The translations under genes and the position numbers were made by a program. Below are positions 33,697 to 44,483 of a DNA stretch of 64,000 nt, piece by piece (position 1 is the stretch's first letter; every line of letters begins with the position of its first letter). Origin of the DNA: Heterodontus francisci (Eukaryota); assembly GCF_036365525.1 (NCBI RefSeq), contig NC_090402.1, forward strand, positions 7,295,001 to 7,359,000, written 5' to 3'. The notes beneath the pieces are model-generated. The model saw only the letters and a list, made by a program, of their open reading frames with translations, was not told the DNA's origin and did no database searches.

Positions 33697-34269
33697 CCTT
33701 AGTATTCAAAAATCTATCAATGACAACCTTGAATATACTTAACAACAGACCAACCACAGCTCTCTGGGCTCTGAGTGAATAAATTTCTCCATGTCTCAGT
33801 ACTAAATGGGGAATTACAACACTGACTATGCTTAAAAAATACTTAACTGGCTGTAAGGCACTTTGGAACGTCCTAAGGACGTGAAAGACATTATATAAAT
33901 AAGAGAATAAAAGCAAAATACTGGAAATCTGAAACAAAAACAAAAAGTGCAGGAAAAACTCAGCAGGTCTGGCAGCATCTGTGGAGAGAGAATAAGAGTC
34001 TTGTTTTGTATTTTGGTTTGTTACAAATGTAACAATTCCAATAAGTTACTCAGCCTGTTATTTTCAGTTCAGTTCTGGTGATAATTTTATGTTGGGCAGG
34101 AATTACCCCTTTAAATTAATAACAATCTGCTCATATTGCAACAAGAGGGGCCTCATAGCCAGCTGGCTTTCTCAGTGCCTGTGGCTGTTTTTTTTTAAAA
34201 AGGGAAAGTTTCGAATTATATTTTCAATTGAAAAAATAATTGTGGTATTTTAATAGGAGAATTATAATC

Positions 34270-34465
34270 GATAATTGGAGGGGGGCGGTTTGTATATTGT
34301 TCTCGGACGGTTCCCGGGCACACTGGGTTAGGACCCCGAACAGCTGAGTTTGTTACATTTTAAGGTCAGGTCAGGGGTCAAATTGCTGAAACCCCAGGGA
34401 GAGGCTCCAATCTCCGAGGCGAGAGACCGGCGGCCTCTGCTGATCCGGATCTCAGCTTTGCTGCA
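34270..34465. promoter_or_regulatory. CpG-rich promoter/5'UTR of BBLN, possibly shared with PTGES2
   Basis: attgg plus GC box gggggcgg at about 34275-34288; CpG-rich through the first exon. Confidence 0.6.
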
Positions 34466-35509
34466 ATGTCGGGGCCGAACGGGGAACCGAGTGTCACCGT
34501 GGGGCAAGATGAGGAGGAGGATGTGACCGAAGAAGGTAAAACCCGGCAGCGGGAATCGACTGGACCCGATTGATCCGGACCCCGAAGGACTCCCTTGATC
34601 AAGATCCCACTGGATCGCTTGATCCAGACCCCATTCGAACCCCACTGGGTCACTTGACCGGACCATACTAGACCCCTTTACCAGACCCCTGGAGACGGCA
34701 AGTTGGAGAATTAAATTTTCACTTTGGTTGGTGGTACGGAAGGAGTGCTGCACTGTCGGAGGTGCGGTCTTTTGGATGAGACATGAAACCGAGACCCCGT
34801 CTGCTCCCAAGGGCAGATGTGAAAGATCCTGTGACCCTATTTCGAGGAAGAGCAGGGGAGTTCTCCCCAGTGTCCTGGTGACTACTTATTCCTCTATTAG
34901 TATCAATTTTTAAAAAGTCATTATCCCATTGCTATGTGGGATCTTGCTCTGCGCAAATTGGCTGCAGCGTTTCCTGCATTACAAGTGACCACACTTCAAA
35001 AGTACTTCAATGGGTGTAAAGCGCTTAGAGACGACCTGAAATTGTGAAAAGTGCTATAGAAATGCAAGTTTTCCCGTTGATGACACTAGTGTCAACCCTT
35101 AGTGGCCAAACGAAAATAAGCATCTCGGTCTGCAGTAAATATATTTACTAGATCCAGATCTAACCCCAACTGTTTTAATACCTGGGAGGTGAAAAAATGC
35201 AAAGATCTGATGTAAAGAAAGGCAGGACATAATTGCAAGTTTGTTTTTTGTAACTTATTCTGCTGGCAGTTAAATATTGTATTCTTAACAGCACTCCTCA
35301 CCCTCCCTTTCTTGGCAGAATACACTGCACTCAACTTGATGCTTGACCAGATCAACTCTTGCCTGGACAACCTCGAGGAGAAGAATGACGTCCTAAATGC
35401 GAAACTTCAAGAACTGCTAGAGTCGAATCGCCAGGTGAGGATGGAATTCAGGCAGCAACAAATAGATGCAACAGCCCAACCAAAAGATTCCCAGGACCAC
35501 AAGGCTTGA
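34466..35509 (+). CDS. BBLN: Bublin coiled-coil protein (C9orf16), 86 aa, exons 34466-34535 and 35319-35509
   Basis: MSGPNGEP...EE|EYTALNLMLDQINSCLDNLEEKNDVLNAKLQELLESNRQ. Phase-1 intron with G|gtaaaa donor and ttggcag|AA acceptor. Confidence 0.96.
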
Positions 35510-35810
35510 CTCTGAACTGTTTCTCTATCAAGCTCAAGTATTACATGTCCTGCTTAAGAATTTTAAAAAATGTTTGTCGGCTGTAACCATTGCTAGCAAC
35601 TTTACTTTCCCATGACAAAAACGCTGGCTACTTTTCGTCAGTCTACTGAACTGCAGTTCTGCCTGTGGCGACATCTTTATGTTGGTTTTGTGCCGTGGAC
35701 TTCCTCTTCCTTCCAGAGGAAGTTCATTCATAACAGGCATTGTGCTGTATATCTTCCAATTGTGAGTTGCTATAATGGGATAAGAAATCTTATTTCAGTA
35801 GGTTTCACAT

Positions 35811-35816
35811 AATAAA
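35811..35816 (+). terminator. AATAAA poly(A) signal, probably for BBLN
   Basis: AATAAA about 300 nt after the stop, followed by a GT-rich tract. Confidence 0.55.
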
Positions 35817-36786
35817 ACTGTTGTGCTGCGCAATGAGTTGCCATCTTTCAGATGAAACGTTAAACCGAAGCTCCATCCGTCTTTGCCAGGTGGGTGTAAA
35901 CGATCGCATGGCACTATTTTGAAGAAAATCAGGGTAGTTCTCCCCAGTGTCGTGGTCAATATTTATCCCTCAATCAACATCACAAAAAGATTATCTGATC
36001 ATCACATTGCCATTTGTGGGAGTTTGCTCTGTGGCATTTCAAAGATACATTGGCTGTAAAGGGCTTTGGAACATTCAGCGGTCGTAAAAGGCACTATATA
36101 AATGTAATTTTTAAAAATCCAACTTTTTCAATTTGTGGATAGATCAGTCTCTTTATCCATTCACCATCTTGTGTAAAAAGTTAAACTAAACTGTCTTTCC
36201 ACAGTAAGGGCTTATGCCTTATATCATGTGCATGTGTTAAATTTGTTTGTCCTATCTATACCCTCTCGGGTCTTTACTTCTGTAAAATCGCTGTGAGCCG
36301 TCTCTTGTGTAAATATTCCCAGATTCTGTAGCCTCTCCCATTATTCAGGTACTCCGTGGTACAGAGCAAAGTGGTGAGCAGAACGGTACCTGGTACCCCA
36401 GGTAGAGCCAGACTGGTGCATAATTCTTGAATTTGTGCTCTTTTCCTCTAAATAGTTTGCTCTCTTTATTGAATGTTCCTGGAACCTACAGTTGAAGCTG
36501 TTATTCCATAGATCTGTTGTGTGACAGTTTCTGTTTTGTATATCCATTAAGTCCTGGGTAGCAATGAGAAGATGGTTTGCAAAAACCCTGAATCGATAAC
36601 ACCACGTCATTCTAAATTGAAGGACATCTTATGACAACTTTTGCCATTTTACTTAAACAGAAACTTGCAGCCGACGTAGACTTTCTCAATGAATGTTTTA
36701 CACTGGTTCTAAAATTAGGTGAATGGAGGAGGAACAAGTTACAACTACTGTGAATATCTTTAATTTAGTGGCAACCCTTCTCCCTA

Positions 36787-37010
36787 ACACAGTTAAAGAT
36801 AATAAAAAACTGGAAATGCTGAGTAGCATCTCTGGAAAGGGGAAGTCAGTGTTTCAAGTCAATTACTTTTCATCAGAACTGTAAGATCATTGACCCAAAA
36901 CATTAACTGTTACTCTCTCCACAGATGCTGCCAGACCTGAACGTTTTCAGCATTTTCTGTTTTTATTTCAGATTTCCAGCATTTTACTTCTGTGACACTG
37001 TTAAAGATAA
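36787..37010. mobile_element. Older Penelope-like inverted pair with 16-bp TSD
   Basis: Flanks acacagttaaagataa and acactgttaaagataa around two opposed, decayed copies of the hammerhead-bearing repeat. Confidence 0.65.
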
Positions 37011-37605
37011 ACATTTCAGTCCCTCTAAGTCTAAGGAGATGTGTTATGCCCACAGAATTGTGCAATAATTTACCATTTCCTGTAACTGGGTTGTTGATGA
37101 GTGACAGGTTTTCTCTGTAACTTGCTGCTGTTACTGCTATTTCCTTGAAGGATATAAAAAGATCTAAGTGATAACCTGTTTGCTTCAGACAGGGAACAAT
37201 TCAGTCAGTGAGTGCTGTTATTCAACAACAGAATGTGAAAGGATCAGGAACCAGCCTGAATAAGAGTGTCTATATGCACAATTTGTACAAATGATAATGC
37301 TTCTTACACTAAACTGGAGATCCAGATGTTATAAATCTAATGTGCAGGTGATGACATTTCTACTATGGACACATTTCTCAAATTAAGAGTATGTAAATAT
37401 AAATACTTGATTCTATTGTTTTAAGCTATCTTTTGATTTACTATTATGCTTTTTACAAAGTTCTATTAAACTGACTGATTGCTGAGCTGCAGTTTTATTG
37501 TATGTGGAGCGGATGTGGAAAATGGAGCTGAAACACTATTTAGGCACCTGATTTTAAAGGTGGAATTCCTTTGTTTCTAGCTTTTATGGAAGAGAAAGCT
37601 TTTAT

Positions 37606-37940
37606 GGGCGGCACAGTGGTTAGCCCCGCAGCCTCACAGCTCCAGCGACCCGGGTTCAATTCTGGGTACTGCCTGTGTGGAGTTTGCAAGTTCTCCCTGT
37701 GTCTGCATGGGTTTCCTCTGGGCGCTCCGGTTTCCTCCCATATGCCAAAGACTTGCAGGTTGATAGGTAAATTGGCCATTATAAAATTGCCCCTAGTACA
37801 GGTCGGTGGTAGGGAAATATAGGGACAGGTGGGGATGTGGTAAGAATATGGAATTAGTGTAGGATTAGTATAAATGGGTGGTTGATGGTCGGCACAGACT
37901 CGGTGGGCCGAAGGGCCTGTTTCAGTGCTGTATCTCTAAG
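37606..37940 (+). mobile_element. V-SINE (HE1-like shark SINE)
   Basis: tRNA-like head, V-domain tgtgtggagtttgca...gggtttcc...ccggtttcctcccac, CR1-like tail gtgctgtatctctaa. Confidence 0.85.
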
Positions 37941-40900
37941 AAACTGACCATTAATTGCACAGGTACTTGCAACTCAAATGGAAAGCAATGTTCCTTCCTA
38001 TTAAGGCAGACTTGGATACAAAGCTCATAATGGGTTCATGGGTAGGGTTTCCATTCCTTACTGCAAGCTACGTACAGCTGCTCCACTGTTAGCAGAAATA
38101 CCTCTGGGGAGGATGGTCTAAAATGGTCTCTAGCGGAATATATTTTTAAAATTACAGATACATTTGAAAAAAGTAGTTAAAAGACTGTTTTCACTGCTTG
38201 GCAAATCAGAAATAGAATCAGCATTATCACTGGGATAACAAGGTGGGGAGTTGGAAATTTTTAACCTACATAGAGGGCAATTATAGCATGAAATACTGAA
38301 TCTGCTTCCACCACCCTTTCAGATCACAACTTCCTGCATAAACACTTTTTTTTCATGTCACCTCTGGTTCTTTTGCTTCTTACCGTAAATTGACTTTTAA
38401 TTGTTCAATTGCTGGACCAAGAAGTTGACGGCTAGAGGCCTTAGTGGAAACATCAGTTGAGGTAGTGATTGAAATTGACAATAGGTGTTAACTTCTAGCC
38501 TGAAGCTAGTGTTCTGGGTGCAGATGTAACTAAGCAGCAAAAAATCCTGAATTGAGGGGTGCACAAACATGAAGCATTTCCAAAATACCATCTGTCCTTT
38601 TAGTGAGAGATGCTTAACATATATTTAAAAATTATTTCAAACAGTATAAGATTGAACCTTTATTTCTAAAACCTCTCTGCAGGCCATTCAATCACCAACT
38701 GAAAACAAACATGTTTCTGAAACTACACTGGATACAGTATTTTATTCAGAGTAAGGAAAAATGACAGTACTCACAAACAGCAACACGAATGACTTTTTAA
38801 AAAAAAAGTATTCAACAGTAAAAGGAACATCGATCTCCAAAATAAGGTAGCATTTAAATGTCCCATTACCCTAAATACATTGAACACTGTCCATCCAAAA
38901 TATTCCTTTCCTTCAATCCAAATGTCACGTTTCTCCAGGAATTGTAAGGAATGAAGAGAGTTAACTGCTGATGACGATGCATTTATTGCGGCATTTTACA
39001 GATCAGCTCGGTCAAGGATACATATAAAACGGGTAAAAAGAATATATTCACCTCACAACATGTTGGGTTTATTCTAACCTCTTGAACGAGAATGAATGAT
39101 GCAACTGAGAACGGCAGAAGCAACTTAACAGGATGTAATTATGAGGTGTGCTATGAGACTTCAGGGAAGAGAACAAATCCCAGTCGCAGCACAAATACCA
39201 TTGATTCCTCCATTTTTCCCCTGTACTTGTTTTAGTTCCATCACTGCATGAGTGGATCTCCGCAAGCTAAGGTCTTCATCTTTTTACCTTTGTTTTAATC
39301 TATCCCTGACAGATGTAATGAAGATCTGACTGGGAACCGGGTGGCTCACTTGAACACATTTCCTCCGCCTGACACCTGGGTTTGAATTAAATTTGGACCA
39401 TGCGGCAAGAATATAAAACAGAAAAAACCCACAGGTTATTAACATTTGGTCACTCTGGATTTAGACTTGGGAAGAGTATAAAGGAATCTGCTTTTTTTCT
39501 TCTAAATAGGAACAGCCCAACTCAAACAGGGTGACAGCACTGTGAGATTATGCACACTGAATCTATTCAAAAGTATGAGTGATACTAGATTCTCAAATGA
39601 CTAATACCAGGCAGTGATTTGAAGATCAAAAATAGCAGATGCTCAGACATTGATGGTGGCTTCACAGACTGCCATGTGAACTATGTGGAATGTAGGGTGC
39701 TGCTGAAAAGTAGCACTGTCACAAGGCAAATACTATTCCTTTCACCAGCTTTAATCCCTCCCAGACAGATGAAATGCAAATCTGCTGTTTGATGGGGAAA
39801 AATGGTCCTGCTAAGACCTAGGTTGGGGATAGAGGAGCCTTGGCAAGTGAACAGGCCCTAAACTTTGCTGCTGTCAATTCTTGTCCCACACAATAAAGCC
39901 ATCTGTTATTTGGCACTACTTGTGTGATCTCATACAAATCAAATAGGCTATGGGGAAATTTGGCTCCAAACTTTCACACAGCTATCTCACTCTTCACACT
40001 GTGGGGGTTAAGGCAGTATTTAGAGACTCCCATACAAGCTCTAACCTGAGAATGCCTAGAGTGGTCGAAACTAATGTTCCAGTTTCCATCTCCGACCTGA
40101 ATTTCTACCCTGAAGTGTGCCGAATGCTCAGTCATTGAGTATTTTGAAGACAAAGAGCAATAGATTTTTGGATACTAAGGGAATCGAGGGATATAGGGAT
40201 AGGGTGGGAAAGTGAAGTTGAGGTAGAAGATCAACCATGACCTTATTGAATGGTGAAACAGGCCAGATGGTCTACTCCTGCTCCTAGTGAGTGCTGGTGT
40301 GGGTAGGCTGGGCAGTCCAGCTGGGGGAGGGGAACAGGGATGACATACAAATGGAGCCTCCATAATGTTATGCTGCACGCCCCCCTAACGCGACATCCTT
40401 GGTGTGTTAAACCTGTTAAAATGAAGTTTGATCACTGCCCGCAGAGGGTTTACTTAATTATAAAATCAGGTTCATGGGCTTTACTCATTTGACTGCTGAC
40501 ATTCACTAACCGTTTATTTTTTGGTGAAAGGCTGCACTGCCAGGCAGGTGAGGAGTGTTCATGCTTCCCTGACCAAGGGCAGCTTGGTCCTGCTGGCACA
40601 GTCAGTGAGTATGTTTAAAGCAGAAATTGACAGATTTCTAAATACCAATGACAAAGGCATATGGGGATAGTGTGGGGAGAAAGGCATTGAAGTGGATGAT
40701 CAGCCATGATGGCACTGAATGGCAGAACAGGCTCAATAGGCTGAATGGCCTAATCCTGGTCCAATGTTCCAGAGTACCCATGCTTTGCCACTCTGGTAGC
40801 TGGCTTGGCATTTGAATGGCAAGGTGCAGCCAAATCCTGATTTAAAATGACCAATCTATAGTTCATTGAATTAAGAATTCTGAAACTTGTTGGCCAAGTT

Positions 40901-43736
40901 TCACATTCCAACAACAATGACATTCTGGTCAATGTGTGGGTGACACCGGGCGAGGTTGCACTTATTGTCCATCTGTAACTCACTATCAGGTAGTGGTGGT
41001 GAGCCTTCTTTCTGAATCACGACTGGCAGCTTGCCCCCCTAGAGAAAGCTTACTGGGCTACTTCAGAATCAACCACACAGCTTAGGCCAGATTAGGAATG
41101 CATGGCAGGCCCCCAGTTGAGCATTTTTACTTCCACAATTATTTTCTGGCATACAATCCACAGATTTATTAAATTCAATTTTACAGCCGTCCATAGTGGG
41201 TTTTGAACCAGTGACCTCTGGGTTGCTAGTCCAGTGCACAACTATTAACCCTGTATAAATAAATGTTCCTGTAGTTATCAGTTCTCCAGGATTTTAAAAA
41301 GAGCAAGAAACAGCAGTCACGTTTGAAGCAAACTATATTGGTGCCAGTTGATTGGAGTTTCAACACATAGCACCGCTAAGTAGCTACATTTGGGCCAATG
41401 CCCATGGGCTGGTAGCTTGTTGATTTGCCCTTGGTGAGTAGCAACATGCAGAGAAAACAAGGGAAAACTGTTGCGAGACAAGTTCTAGTGACTAAGCTAT
41501 GATAACCATTGTGGATAGCAGGGCGACCAATGCTTGAGGCAGCCAGGTCACCTCAACCAAGTCAGGGAAAGCAAAAACTCCACCACACTTTGTGGTTTCA
41601 TTTTCTCAAGGGTGGTAGCATAGTGGTAAAGTGGTAATGTTACTGGACTAGTAATCCAGTGGCCCAGACTAAGGCTCTGGAGATATGAGTTCAAATCCCA
41701 GCATGGCAGGATTCCCTCCCCGTTCAAACGTGTAATTTTCAACATGTCTGGGAAGCCACTTTTGAAATTATTACGGTAGAATCCTGTCTGCAGCAATTTG
41801 ATCAACACCCCCTGCCATACCCATCAATATCCATACCCTCTACCACCATTGCACTTTGGCTGCAGTTTGCACTATTTACATAGGGTTGCCATCCCTCCAG
41901 GATTATTCTGGAATCTCCAGAACACAACTATGAACAATCTAGGAGAAAAATCAAAGACGCATTAAAAAAGTGTTTTTAAAAATAATTTTTTTTCAAATAC
42001 TTTTGCTTATTAGTTACATAAATTTGGAGGTGGGGAAAAATAAGGTGCTTGACTAAGTCAAGAATCACCCAACTGGGTAAAGGAGAGTCTGCTCGCTTTC
42101 CAACTAGTCTTGGGAAGGCTATGCATTGTAAGGTTGGATGTGTTGGGCAGCCAGTGGCAGGAGGGTGGGGGGGGGGGGAATGGAGTGGTTGGAGATCATG
42201 TGATGACACCACCAGGAATATGTCCAACCAGAGCTGGCAACACTACACCTACAGGATGCACTGCAGCAACTTACCTAACTTAGTTGAACAGCATCTCCCT
42301 CCCCTAGCAAACACAACCACCTAGAAAGACAAGAGTACTAATGTCAAGTGAACACCATCCTGACTTGGACCTGTACTGCCATTCTTTCGCCATTACTAGC
42401 TCAATGTCCTGGAACTCCCCCATCTAACAGCACTGTGGGAACATGTGCAGAAGGACTGTTGGCTGTTCAAGAGAGCATTTTCAAGTACCAAGGGATGGTC
42501 AATAAATATGACTTTGCTAGCATCACCCACAACCCAATTTTTTTTTTTTTATATAAAGGGGCTGTTTTGTTTGAACAGTTTGTGTATCTGATGTCAATGC
42601 AAGAACTGCGTGTGATTTAGTAACATCATGCAATACCAAGAACTGATGCTTGGAAAGGAGACTTAGTGAGTCTCTTGGAAAACATACTTCCCATTAGCGG
42701 CCTCCTTTTAAACCATTTACAGCTGATCCGAGCCATGCAAAAGAAACATCCATTGAGCCACTCCACTTCACCAATTCCTCAAGCACAGAAGCTGGGACAC
42801 TCTTTTACAGGACTTACTTTCCACACGGTCTGCCAATTTAGTGACCCCCACCCCCTAAACCTCCACCCAGTTCTCACTGCCCCCCCCATCCCCACAACCC
42901 CAAAGAAAGGGCAGATGGCTGTTCGAGTTTGCAATTGCCTAACAACCTGTGTAGGTACATCCGTGTATGCTACATTATGTTTTTAAGATCTGTCAATGCA
43001 TGTGTGCAACTCGCACACTGTGCAGATGATCTTTCATTGCTCAGTGTGAAAATCACAGTTGTCTATCTTACACCAAGTGAGGTGCATATACAGTTATTTC
43101 TAAGTGATAAACACTTAGCAAGGTCCTGAGAAATGGTTCAATTTTCTATTTCGCACCCAGTAACAAGGTTGCAATGCAATGATCACACAACAAAAAGCTC
43201 CAAGGAGGGGCAACTCCACTCTGCCCTGCGATATCTCAATACCTTCATATCTTCCATAACTGATTACCAATTTGAAATGGGGTTTTATTTTATAAGATAG
43301 GGTCTCAAGCCTATAAGGAATTTTTTTTTTTACAATATGCAAGGTTCAAGTGTCAGCGGTGAAGGGACAGTGTTCAAACAGATGATATCACCCAGTTGCA
43401 GTACATGAAGTAAAGACTGCAGTGATGTTAGTTCCAAAACAAAACACTGAAGGCGAATGCTCTAAGTTGCAATACTAAAATCTTTGGAGCACCGCAGTTG
43501 CCTCTACTTTATAACCTGTAAGAGGGTGGTAAAATATTTTTGAACAGGTACTGCATTGGGACGCTACAGTTAATAATCAGCAGTGGACTCGTACATGATT
43601 CTTCCCTCACTGATGAAAGAAAAATACATAACCACTCATAGACTGCCCACTGTGAATCTAACATAGTGGCAAAACCAGATTTAGCCCAACTGTGGTATAA
43701 TTTACCCTAGAATAAAGGAGGATTTGGATCTTTATT

Positions 43737-44483
43737 TTACTTCTTCCGTCTTGAGGAGGCACGGCGGCCTCTAGCTGCCCTCCCGGATCTTGTTTTGGGG
43801 GCATTGCGTCCCAGGTGCCCGGTGTCACCCTCAAGCTCCGCCTCATTTTCTTCACCTTTGACATTCGCCTCCTCACATTCCTTCTCTGCCAGGCAGCCAT
43901 CAGCCAGGGACTCTTCCTCACCATCCTCTGCCTCGCTGGGCTCCTCAGCCTTGGTTAAGCTCAGGTCGCAATCTTCATTCCCATCCTGGTCATTGTCTGC
44001 TGCCTCATTCCCATCCTGGTCATTGTCTGCTGCCTCACTGCCAGCAGCAGAACTCGCCTCACACTTATCAGGATCAGCCGCCCCTTCCGCCACCTCCTTG
44101 GGACTGCTTGGTGCCTCATCGTTTGAGAGAGGGTCGACTTTTAATTTGCAATCACTATCGGAGATCACTGCAGCTGTGTCACTTGGGTTCTCGAGCTGGA
44201 GACTCTGCGAGCAGGAAGCGCTGTCCTCGCCTTTGCTGCCATCGTCCACACAGGGAATGGTGTCATCACCCGACTGTGCAGGAGCCTGGACCTCAGGTTT
44301 GGAACTCGCCTCCCCCGATTCAGGCTTGCTGGCAGTGGCCTCAGGAGAATTTTCATCAGTCTCTGCCTGCTTCCCACCTGCTGGCTTGTGATCATCTGTC
44401 GAACCAAGGCTGCTCACCCCGGAAGCAGCTGGCTCTTGAGCAGAGGCAGATAAATAATCTTGGGCTCTTTGTGCTTTGTAACT
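43737..44483 (-). CDS. CIZ1: CIZ1 terminal coding exon, 248-aa acidic tail with a basic end
   Basis: aaacag acceptor, SYKAQ...RRASSRRKK*, phase 0 continuing from the matrin finger. Confidence 0.85.
   Translation of the reverse strand, partial: SYKAQRAQDYLSASAQEPAASGVSSLGSTDDHKPAGGKQAETDENSPEATASKPESGEASSKPEVQAPAQSGDDTIPCVDDGSKGEDSASCSQSLQLENPSDTAAVISDSDCKLKVDPLSNDEAPSSPKEVAEGAADPDKCEASSAAGSEAADNDQDGNEAADNDQDGNEDCDLSLTKAEEPSEAEDGEEESLADGCLAEKECEEANVKGEENEAELEGDTGHLGRNAPKTRSGRAARGRRASSRRKK

Noticed and set aside
37606-37680. tRNA genes at SINE heads (also 22061 and about 41615)
   Set aside because: A and B boxes are present but there is no complete cloverleaf, and each continues into a SINE body.
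37540-37822. Recurrent peptides also seen at 53085-53307 and 59242-59444
   Set aside because: They are translations of non-coding V-SINE copies.
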